Origin: Candidatus Saccharimonadota bacterium
GTDB lineage: Bacteria; Patescibacteriota; Saccharimonadia; Saccharimonadales; UBA4665
Reading direction: 5' to 3'
Length of the DNA: 32,000 nt
Assembly (NCBI GenBank): GCA_963718045.1
Contig: OY970350.1
Coordinates: 660,001-692,000, forward strand
A program made the translations under genes and the position numbers. The notes beneath the pieces were generated by a model. It saw only the letters and a list, made by a program, of their open reading frames with translations. It did no database searches and had not been told where the DNA came from. Shown here piece by piece: positions 25,634 to 32,000 of this stretch; within the stretch, counting starts at the first letter, position 1; the number at the start of each line of letters is the position of its first letter.

Positions 25634-25662
25634 ATTGTATATCTATTGTATGTGTATGTCAA
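25634..25662 (-). promoter_or_regulatory. consensus promoter TTGACA-17-TACAAT for the toxin-antitoxin operon, with an ATTGTAT direct repeat (candidate operator)
   Basis: On the minus strand, -35 is the reverse complement of 25657-25662 and -10 is the reverse complement of 25634-25639. The ATG at 25624 is only 9 nt downstream of the -10. On the plus strand, ATTGTAT occurs at 25634-25640 and 25645-25651, 11 bp apart. Confidence 0.55.
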
Positions 25663-25694
25663 GATCTAGATTTATAAATTAATAAGAACTTACA

Positions 25695-25769
25695 TGGTGC
25701 GGGATACCGGAATTGAACCGGTGCATGTAACTTGGAAGGTTACCGTACTAACCATTATACTAATCCCGC
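25695..25769 (-). tRNA. tRNA-Gly (anticodon TCC), CCA encoded
   Basis: The reverse complement folds as: acceptor GCGGGAT/ATCCCGC, anticodon stem GTAAC/GTTAC with loop CTTCCAA, T arm ACCGG-TTCAATT-CCGGT, discriminator A, CCA. Confidence 0.9.
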
Positions 25770-25816
25770 TTGGAAGCTGAAGATATTATATATTATCTTA
25801 ATCTGATAGATATTAT

Positions 25817-26068
25817 CTAGCCTAAACTATTTGTTAATTGTCCGACTGATGGTTGACTTAGTTTACTCTTATTTACACCAGCCGGCTTCCTTATGGACAC
25901 CCTGGCAAGACCATTTGCTGTAGGTGTGACGCGCAAAAAAGTATGGGTGCTGTCACCAAAAAGAACACCAGCGTTTGAAGTAAATTGGATGAAAGCTGAG
26001 GCCATGATCGCTCCAATAACTACAGATCCGAGCAATAGATAAAAACCAAAGTTGCTATTCCTAGTCAT
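25817..26068 (-). CDS. small single-pass membrane protein
   Basis: 83 aa. The start overlaps the upstream stop by 8 nt (ATGACTAG). TM segment FGFYLLLGSVVIGAIMASAFI. Confidence 0.45.
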   Translation of the reverse strand: MTRNSNFGFYLLLGSVVIGAIMASAFIQFTSNAGVLFGDSTHTFLRVTPTANGLARVSIRKPAGVNKSKLSQPSVGQLTNSLG

Positions 26069-27002
26069 TCCACTGCCATCCTGACTCTATTGAACTTAGA
26101 TTAGCTGAATTACCATTAACGGCATGGATGATGTCAAAGAAGTTATCGCCGTTAGAAGGAACGTTGTCGGTAAGAAGGACTGTTTCTTCAATAACGGCGG
26201 TATTATCGGCTAGGTTATTAGCTTGGATATAGTAGGCCGGGCTGCCGGCAAAAGTAGTACTTGCCTGCTTGGTGATGGTAAAGCCTTGTAAGTTCTTAGT
26301 GAAATCTGCTTCAATAGCTTGTTTTGAGTAACTGGTAAAACTAGAGCTGGTCAGTGCTGTGGCCGAAGCTATAATTTTATATATATCCGATGAATTAACC
26401 AGGTCGTTACCATTATAGGCATTGAGTGTGCAGCTGCCGTTTGAATTATTGACATTGAGCACAGTGTTGAATGACAGACTATAGCAAGGTGTTTGGACAC
26501 TTAATTTAGCCGTGCCGCCGGTAGTTGCAGCTGGCTGATTAGCATTTAGGTTTAGCCTCGGATCATGAACTACTACGTTAACCCAAAAACCTATACCGAC
26601 TAAGATCGCCAGTACCGAGACTGTTACGCTGGCTAACATTAGTCTTCTATGGGTTAGGTGGTAGCTCATAGTAATAAGGACTATGCCTGAAATACCCAGA
26701 CCAATACCTAAAATGGGTATTAGCATACCACTGCCAATACCTAAAATACCGAGGGCTAAAGCCATTGCTCCCCAGTGCTGTTTATGATGGTTAAGAGGAA
26801 CAGCATAAGCCGGCATATTAGGATAAGCAAGGACGTCCCTATAAGCTGTCTTAGAATTAGTAGCAGGACCGTTTGAGTATACGTGTGAGGCAGATGCCTG
26901 CGGCTGGGGACCAGATATTAACTTGTACCCACAGTTTCCGCAGAAAGCAGCTCCAGTCTCAACGGCCTCATTACAATTAGGGCAGAGTCTTTCTTCTGGC
27001 AT
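26061..27002 (-). CDS. zinc-ribbon / transmembrane / extracytoplasmic-domain protein
   Basis: 313 aa. N-terminal CPNCNEAVETGAAFCGNCG (CX2CX10CX2C), then 3 hydrophobic helices (aa about 78-145), then an approximately 165-aa Ser/Thr/Asn-rich soluble domain. Confidence 0.55.
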   Translation of the reverse strand: MPEERLCPNCNEAVETGAAFCGNCGYKLISGPQPQASASHVYSNGPATNSKTAYRDVLAYPNMPAYAVPLNHHKQHWGAMALALGILGIGSGMLIPILGIGLGISGIVLITMSYHLTHRRLMLASVTVSVLAILVGIGFWVNVVVHDPRLNLNANQPAATTGGTAKLSVQTPCYSLSFNTVLNVNNSNGSCTLNAYNGNDLVNSSDIYKIIASATALTSSSFTSYSKQAIEADFTKNLQGFTITKQASTTFAGSPAYYIQANNLADNTAVIEETVLLTDNVPSNGDNFFDIIHAVNGNSANLSSIESGWQWND

Positions 27003-27035
27003 TTTTGTCTTTTTAAGGTATTGCCTACTTCTTAT

Positions 27036-27806
27036 TTAAGCACGCTGGCCACAGTGCGTGCAATAGAGATAATGTTGGCTGTTTCTAAAACCGCACGCCC
27101 GGCAATACTCGTTATGACCAACTGCTGATAGTCCCATGTCTTCATCTAGCTCCTGAGAACGGAAGTATAGATTGAAGAAATTAGCGCTTAAAGCAATGGT
27201 TATTATGACCGACATATAGGTAAATACGCTTACCCCTGCAGTCAGTCCGAAGTCATATAAACCGTGCAGCAAAACTGCGGCAATAAATACAGGCCAAATA
27301 GTAAATGGGCTCCTACCCGCTAGTTTGGCCTTAGCTAGGTAATAGCCGGCCATAGATGTTAAAGCGGCATGGAATATAGGGGTCATAATGAGCCGGCCTA
27401 AGCCTGCTTTAGTTCCAAATTGCATCGTATAAAGTATATTTTCAGGCAGTCCGAAACTAAGACCGGCAATGGCAAAATAGATAATACCGTCAATGTGTTC
27501 GTTAAAGTATTTTTTAGGGAATAGAACTATTGCAAGTGGCAGGAACTTTAAGCTTTCTTCGATAAGTCCTATTCCAAGGAAACTAAATAGTAAATGCGGT
27601 AGAGGAGTACCAACCCTAGTTGAACTTAATGGTATTAAAGCCTTTTCAACTAAAGCAGCTGCAACTGCACCTAAAATACCGAAGCCGGCAGCCATCCATA
27701 AGGCGTAGACCGGTTCTTTCTTACCCCTGTCGTTCTTAAGTAAAAAGATGACCAAGGCGATAGCTAGGACAATGAAAGTAAGTATTAAAATAAAGAGGGT
27801 CACCAT
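27036..27806 (-). CDS. PrsW-family intramembrane protease with a C-terminal zinc ribbon
   Basis: 256 aa from ATG 27806. PrsW signature motifs: GLIEESLKFLP (EExxK) and VLLHGLYDF (HxxxD). C-terminal CRACGFRNSQHYLYCTHCG (CX2CX10CX2C). The track N-terminal extension to 27962 is rejected because it reads through the tRNA. Confidence 0.65.
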   Translation of the reverse strand: MVTLFILILTFIVLAIALVIFLLKNDRGKKEPVYALWMAAGFGILGAVAAALVEKALIPLSSTRVGTPLPHLLFSFLGIGLIEESLKFLPLAIVLFPKKYFNEHIDGIIYFAIAGLSFGLPENILYTMQFGTKAGLGRLIMTPIFHAALTSMAGYYLAKAKLAGRSPFTIWPVFIAAVLLHGLYDFGLTAGVSVFTYMSVIITIALSANFFNLYFRSQELDEDMGLSAVGHNEYCRACGFRNSQHYLYCTHCGQRA

Positions 27807-27884
27807 AGTTTTTTTGTTTTTATGACACCTAAGCAGTAGTATACACCACTTTATTATTGTATAATCACCCCTGTTAGTAAGTTT

Positions 27885-27961
27885 GCCCCGATAGCTCAGC
27901 TGGATAGAGCAGAGGACTTCTAAGCCTAAGGCCGTAGGTTCGAATCCTACTCGGGGCACCA
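27885..27961 (+). tRNA. tRNA-Arg (anticodon TCT), CCA encoded
   Basis: Acceptor GCCCCGA/TCGGGGC, D stem GCTC/GAGC, anticodon loop CTTCTAA, T arm GTAGG-TTCGAAT-CCTAC. The anticodon stem GAGGA/GCCTA has only 3 Watson-Crick pairs (27-43 G.A, 31-39 A.G). Confidence 0.75.
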
Positions 27962-27998
27962 CAGATTAGACTGTTTTAGATCTTAATACTATCTCTAC

Positions 27999-28544
27999 TT
28001 AGATTTCAGACTCCATAAACGATATCAGGGTATGAACCTCTAGCCCTTGCTCGCGCAGTTTAGCACTGCCGCCTAGTTCTGGTAAATCAATAAGTGCACA
28101 AACTCCCACAACATGAGCTCCTGCATCTTTGGCTAATCTGGCTGCTGCTTCGGCAGTCCCTCCTGTAGCTATCAGATCATCAACTACGACTATACGGTCT
28201 CCCTCCCCGACTTCAAGAGGCGATACATTCAGTGTACTTGTACCGTATTCTAGACTGTAAGATCTAGAAATAGTGGGAGGTGGTTGTTTGCCTGGTTTAC
28301 GAGCCATAACTACACCGGCATGTGTCACCAGGGCTATAGGCGGACCAAATACTAAACCTCGAGCTTCAATACTTACTACCTTATTGATTAGCCCCATATA
28401 TGGTTCTGCTAACCCATAAACTGCATCATGAAATAGGTCGGGGTGACTAATTAAGGTCGAAAAGTCTCTAAAATTTATATCAGGTTCAGGGTAACCCGGT
28501 ATGGTTCTTATGCTAGCCTTTAGAGCCTCATATGTCTGAAACAT
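27999..28544 (-). CDS. apt: adenine phosphoribosyltransferase
   Basis: 181 aa. Has the PRPP-binding motif RIVVVDDLIATGGTAEAA and IEARGLVFG. Confidence 0.9.
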   Translation of the reverse strand: MFQTYEALKASIRTIPGYPEPDINFRDFSTLISHPDLFHDAVYGLAEPYMGLINKVVSIEARGLVFGPPIALVTHAGVVMARKPGKQPPPTISRSYSLEYGTSTLNVSPLEVGEGDRIVVVDDLIATGGTAEAAARLAKDAGAHVVGVCALIDLPELGGSAKLREQGLEVHTLISFMESEI

Positions 28545-28597
28545 CTCTAATCTCCGTTAACGTCATATAATGTACGCGCTCTGTGATAATAATACAA

Positions 28598-28647
28598 ATA
28601 GAGAACATCTAAGCCTAAGGCCGTAGGTCCGAATCCTACTCGGGTCA
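28598..28647 (+). pseudogene. degenerate copy of the 3' part of tRNA-Arg(TCT) (anticodon loop to acceptor end)
   Basis: 28601-28647 aligns with 27912-27958 at an offset of 689 nt with 4 mismatches (gagaacatctaagcctaaggccgtaggtccgaatcctactcgggtca versus gaggacttctaagcctaaggccgtaggttcgaatcctactcggggca). It has no 5' half and no CCA. Confidence 0.7.
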
Positions 28648-28737
28648 ACTGCGTTTAGATATAATCAGGATATGAAAAAGGTTACTTAATATTTTGGCAA
28701 TTATATGTTAATAACTGCCGATGTTATATCGTTACAC

Positions 28738-29532
28738 CTACTGATTGGTGGTACTACTCGTTGCACTGCCAGATGCAACACTACCTGCTTGATATAATTG
28801 GGTGCCACTTGAGCTATAGATAGTTACCTGAGCGGTTTCCAGACTACCATACATCATTGATGCCGAATAATTAGTAGCACCGATAGAAAAATTAAAATTT
28901 AGCGTGAAGATACCGCTACCGTTTAATGGTCCTGGGTTAACACTACTTTGATTGATTATTATGCCACCACTTGATATTTTATTGGCTTTCATAAAACTAA
29001 TAACAGTATTCTCAAATAATTGCACTTGCTGAGTTGTTAGGCCGTTATTTATTAATGCATCAGTACCATCAAATGTTGGTGGTTGGTTAACAGCAGCCTT
29101 ATCTTGGTTTTTCAGCATCGCATTAGTTTGTGATTGGGATAAATCATTTGGAGGTTGATAAACTGGCGTGAAGGATATTGTGCTGTTTTTTATAGTCTGG
29201 TTAGAAGTATCGCTGATATACCCAATCGTTATAGTGTACGTCTTATTTTGACTCATAACGTTATCGATGCTGATGGTTATTGTTTTGCCATTAACTACAT
29301 AACTGCCGAGCTGAGGGTTTTCGCTAATATTAATATTTTTTGTTGAAAGACGTTTATTGAAGTTAATTTTAAAGTATGGACTTACGGTAGCCACATTATT
29401 CCTACTAGGACTTGTGCTGACGATATGAAAAGTTCGAGAGTTATATATTGCCCAACAAATAATAATCAACGCTAAAACCAATAATATGGCAGATAGTTGT
29501 TTCAGTCTTCTTTTAAATACTACATCATTCAT
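28738..29532 (-). CDS. membrane-anchored protein with a bacterial Ig-like (SbsA/Big_5-type) domain
   Basis: 264 aa. N-terminal anchor LSAILLVLALIIICWAI, then STSPSRNNVATVSPYFKINFNKRL...TYTITI. Ser/Thr-rich C-terminus. Confidence 0.45.
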   Translation of the reverse strand: MNDVVFKRRLKQLSAILLVLALIIICWAIYNSRTFHIVSTSPSRNNVATVSPYFKINFNKRLSTKNINISENPQLGSYVVNGKTITISIDNVMSQNKTYTITIGYISDTSNQTIKNSTISFTPVYQPPNDLSQSQTNAMLKNQDKAAVNQPPTFDGTDALINNGLTTQQVQLFENTVISFMKANKISSGGIIINQSSVNPGPLNGSGIFTLNFNFSIGATNYSASMMYGSLETAQVTIYSSSGTQLYQAGSVASGSATSSTTNQ

Positions 29533-29540
29533 TGATACTC

Positions 29541-30905
29541 CTAGTTAGGCGACATATATCCTATTATAGTATCTTGGCTGTTACCCCAGTAACCGTTGAA
29601 TGTCTGGATTGAAACAATTGATTCACTTGGTGGACTGCCCGGCGTGGATTGTGGAGAACTAGGAGGAAAGTTGTCCGCACCACCTTCTTGATCTCCACCG
29701 ATATAGGTGCTGACTCCCCCCGACGAAGATATAAACATATTAACATGAGCATGGGGTTGACCAGGAAATGAGTGGGCAGCTAAATCTCCGGGTTGAGGAA
29801 TATAACCACTTCCGGCAGGATGCCAGCTAAATGCCCCACCCTGTTGAGCAATCGCCATGATGACATCTACTCCTGTAACTTGCCAATTAGGATCGGGCTG
29901 CAGCGGGTAATTAGCTTGGTTATATATCCAGCTAACAAAATCGGCACACCACTCCTCATATACTCCCCCTGAATAATCTAGATAACCTGCGTTGGCGTAA
30001 GGGAAATTAGCGGTATCATAACCCAGCTGAGATTGCCAAAGTTGCAATTGAGCCTCGGCTATGCACACTAGTTCTTGCCTAAGGCTGGCATTGGGAACCG
30101 TGCTATCCGTTAGGTCGCCTGATGATGCGGAAGAGCTACAATTGGCAAGGCTAACACTGCCGCAATCATTGTCAGTACCGCTACCACTTGTAGTGCCACT
30201 GTTATTAGATGACCCGCCATATAACGTTAAAGCCTTATTAGCGTAATTGAGTCTTGTGGAATAGTCAGTGTTAGTTTCGTAATACTGCAGGGTTGCACCT
30301 GGCCATACAGGACCTTCCTCGAAATCCTCTAGAACTACTAATACTCCTGCTGCTGTGGTGTTCGTTTGTTTAAGAGCTTGAATAGTAGGAGGAGAATTCG
30401 GTTGAAGGTTAATACTATTTAACTCATCCCAGACTATAGTTAATTGGGTTGCCAGCTCATATATTGGAGTTGTAACTCCATACTGTTGAGCTTCTTCTAA
30501 CACTTTATCCCCGGGAGTCCATTGGGCAATACCCCAACCTTGAGTATCTAAAGTTAAGGAGGACGGGTCATTGGTATTGCCACCGCTCTGAATTATTGTC
30601 GGATCCATGGTAGATTCGGTCATTAGGTTGCCGACGACCGATGCAGCCTGAGTATCGCTTAGCCCTTTGGATACAAAAAAATTAAAAGCCTCTTGTTCAT
30701 TGTCAGTGCCACTTAGAGTGACTACACTGCCTGTGCCTTGGGAACTGCATTCATCATTAGTGTTGAAATATAGTGCCCCTTCACTGAGCGCTTGTATCTG
30801 GGCTGGACTAAGTTGAGCGTAGGCAACGCCGCCAAATAGCTGGGTTAATAGCACTACAAGTGAGAATAGACATGCAGTTAAATTTAGTTTCTTAGTTATT
30901 TTCAT
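29541..30905 (-). CDS. secreted two-domain cell-wall hydrolase: N-terminal phage-tail-lysozyme-like muramidase + C-terminal CHAP domain (CwlT-like)
   Basis: 454 aa from ATG 30905 (signal peptide MKITKKLNLTACLFSLVVLLTQLFGGVAYA). N-terminal domain: VVGNLMTESTMDP...GWGIAQWT. A Gly/Ser linker follows. CHAP-like domain: EEWCADFVSWIY ... PHAHVNMF. The track start 30947 is rejected because it overlaps the upstream gene. Confidence 0.6.
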   Translation of the reverse strand: MKITKKLNLTACLFSLVVLLTQLFGGVAYAQLSPAQIQALSEGALYFNTNDECSSQGTGSVVTLSGTDNEQEAFNFFVSKGLSDTQAASVVGNLMTESTMDPTIIQSGGNTNDPSSLTLDTQGWGIAQWTPGDKVLEEAQQYGVTTPIYELATQLTIVWDELNSINLQPNSPPTIQALKQTNTTAAGVLVVLEDFEEGPVWPGATLQYYETNTDYSTRLNYANKALTLYGGSSNNSGTTSGSGTDNDCGSVSLANCSSSASSGDLTDSTVPNASLRQELVCIAEAQLQLWQSQLGYDTANFPYANAGYLDYSGGVYEEWCADFVSWIYNQANYPLQPDPNWQVTGVDVIMAIAQQGGAFSWHPAGSGYIPQPGDLAAHSFPGQPHAHVNMFISSSGGVSTYIGGDQEGGADNFPPSSPQSTPGSPPSESIVSIQTFNGYWGNSQDTIIGYMSPN

Positions 30906-30906
30906 T

Positions 30907-32000
30907 TTAAAAGCCCATATCGGTACAAGCCTGATCATCACCCGCATAACAACCCATGCTACTCATGGTTTCCGTGTCTAAAATGAAAAAGCGCATTCTG
31001 AGCCAATTACAAGCATCACTTGTATTATCTGTGCAGTCGGCTGGGGCTGGTTCGTTACAGTTTAAGCCACTGTAGGTAGTGCTATAAGGATTTAATGTCT
31101 GAGCCTGAGGGTCGGCCTCGACATCCCACAATCCATTAACTTGAACTATATCAACCCCAAAACAACTGGTAGCTCTGGAGATGTACGGACTATCTGGGTA
31201 GAGTATATTGTTCTGGGGATTAGAAACATATTCTGCATTCTCAAATGGGTTTTGTTCAATTGGGTTATCGAGGTCTTGGTCGTCAAAGCCATATGTGGGG
31301 AATGGATAGTTATATCCGGTGGTAGTTGCAGTCTGAGATTGAGCGCTGACCGATGAAAATAGGAGTTGAGGTATCTTGAAAATTGCTCCGATAATATCCG
31401 GAAAATGTCCTAACACTGCCTCAATATTGGCCGAGATTGTTGGTTTAGCCTGCCCTATGATATTAGATATTAAAGATTTAGGAGTATCTATTGAAAACAG
31501 TTTATACTCTAAGCTCTGTTTCTCAAATTCTTGATTAGCGGCTAAATTATTTTGGGTTTGAAGCTGACTAGACTGACCGGGGGTTAAGGCTGTCCCACCA
31601 GACACAACTGCTTGTTGGTTAGCAGCAAGGGCTGATCCAAAATCTATATCGTTACCAAAGTCGGCTCCGACTGCGGCAACATCAACCGCTTTTCCGGCTA
31701 ACCAATGAGCGGCTGTACCGGATATTTCATGGATAACAGTGGCGGTGGCTATACCTTTTACAAGAGTTTGGACTAATGCTCCTATGCCCGTCCAGTCAAC
31801 TGCAAAGCTAAGTACACCACCGATAATCTGACCTGCAGTGCTGCATACTGTGCCGATACCAGGAATATTATTCACAAATGAAAATGGTGAACCTTGATCT
31901 ATGCTTGTAAGTGTTGAATCAGGAGGTTCGCCTACATTCTTGTTGCCCATATTAGCTTGGATACTTTGACTATCAGACCAGTCTGTTAGTTGACCTTGCT
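30907..32000 (-). CDS. C-terminal part of a larger hypothetical membrane/surface protein (open to the window edge)
   Basis: The frame stays open upstream of the listed Met (31950) to nt 32000. It has Gly-rich hydrophobic segments (IGTVCSTAGQIIGGVLSFAVDWTGIGALV) and a Cys-rich C-terminus. Its stop is 1 nt from the hydrolase start. Confidence 0.5.
   Translation of the reverse strand, partial: QGQLTDWSDSQSIQANMGNKNVGEPPDSTLTSIDQGSPFSFVNNIPGIGTVCSTAGQIIGGVLSFAVDWTGIGALVQTLVKGIATATVIHEISGTAAHWLAGKAVDVAAVGADFGNDIDFGSALAANQQAVVSGGTALTPGQSSQLQTQNNLAANQEFEKQSLEYKLFSIDTPKSLISNIIGQAKPTISANIEAVLGHFPDIIGAIFKIPQLLFSSVSAQSQTATTTGYNYPFPTYGFDDQDLDNPIEQNPFENAEYVSNPQNNILYPDSPYISRATSCFGVDIVQVNGLWDVEADPQAQTLNPYSTTYSGLNCNEPAPADCTDNTSDACNWLRMRFFILDTETMSSMGCYAGDDQACTDMGF

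Noticed and set aside
27807-27962. N-terminal extension of ORF 27036..27962 (MVPRVGFEPTALGLEV...)
   Set aside because: The extension is the reverse-complement translation of tRNA-Arg(TCT); the VGFEPT peptide is the classic T-arm artefact. The real start is ATG 27806 (MVTLFILIL).
30906-30947. Upstream start (MRVMIRLVPIWAFK) for the hydrolase ORF 29541..30947
   Set aside because: It would overlap the preceding gene by 41 nt. ATG 30905 gives a proper signal peptide (MKITKKLNL...) and sits 1 nt after the upstream stop.
619-31356. About 28 short ORFs (60-140 aa) in the track lying antisense or out of frame inside larger genes. Examples: 619..876, 2209..2451, 2958..3377, 3754..3987, 3890..4105, 4181..4390, 4406..4594, 6839..7036, 7617..7895, 7879..8094, 11416..11697, 12475..12666, 14766..14957, 15043..15252, 15896..16117, 16490..16696, 17298..17504, 17996..18199, 19866..20066, 21673..21876, 22639..22851, 23081..23278, 23544..23777, 25461..25682, 27493..27708, 29155..29346, 29564..29752, 30061..30246, 31141..31356.
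   Set aside because: Each is fully embedded in a longer ORF that has recognisable motifs or a coherent membrane or secreted character. Their translations are low-complexity (Ser/Leu/Arg-rich), and none has its own promoter or SD.
1-32000. Search for CRISPR arrays, rRNA, integrases, transposases, reverse transcriptase/DGR, and long tandem repeats
   Set aside because: None found by eye. The only repeats noted are the tRNA-Arg 3' half copy, the 20-nt receiver-gene identity, the 18-nt LSPYGD-coding identity, and the ATTGTAT operator-like repeat. Mobile-element calls are therefore not supported beyond the att-like scar.
1-32000. Alternative genetic code (UGA recoded, as in some candidate phyla)
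   Set aside because: TGA terminates several well-defined genes exactly at the expected protein ends (murD, folC, the GtrA-family gene 10943..11368, the pseudokinase) and forms ATGA or GTGA coupling overlaps. Conserved proteins have normal lengths under the standard code.

Overview
This is a compact, gene-dense bacterial chromosomal segment. By eye it is roughly 40-47% GC in the stretches I counted. It uses the standard code: TGA acts as a stop, and there are several ATGA, GTGA and ATGACTAA start/stop overlaps. I found no rRNA, CRISPR array, integrase or transposase.

Recognisable housekeeping content:
- Peptidoglycan precursor genes: murD, a PP-loop partner gene, murB, and an HTH-fused murA.
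- Folate and one-carbon genes: folD, folA, folC, glyA.
- Other genes: msrA, apt, a 5' piece of pdaD (arginine decarboxylase), a spermidine-synthase-like gene, and two tandem receiver-only response regulators.
- Four tRNAs, all with encoded CCA: Lys-CTT, Arg-TCG, Gly-TCC, Arg-TCT.

Between these sit many orphan, membrane or secreted ORFs. The gene content and architecture suggest a reduced-genome Gram-positive-type lineage, possibly Patescibacteria/CPR (Saccharibacteria-like). That is inference only.

Most interesting loci:
1. 8286-12323: a translationally coupled GT2 - GtrA - 886-aa polytopic membrane protein fused to a PIG-L/LmbE deacetylase.
2. 17036-18459: an ATGA-coupled kinase/pseudokinase pair in a tRNA-adjacent stretch of orphan genes.
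3. 1385-3993: murD coupled to a PP-loop ATPase, a candidate MurD2/MurL-type route.
4. 23506-25029: an XRE-HTH::MurA fusion.
5. 25817-27806: an operon of a PrsW-type protease and a zinc-ribbon membrane protein.
6. 27885-28647: a degenerate direct repeat of the tRNA-Arg(TCT) 3' half that brackets apt. It lies next to a CwlT-like two-domain cell-wall hydrolase cluster (28738-32000).
7. A recurrent TGnTAnnnT extended -10 box 6-8 nt upstream of start codons, implying widespread leaderless mRNAs.

All functional calls come from motif reading by eye. No database search was possible.
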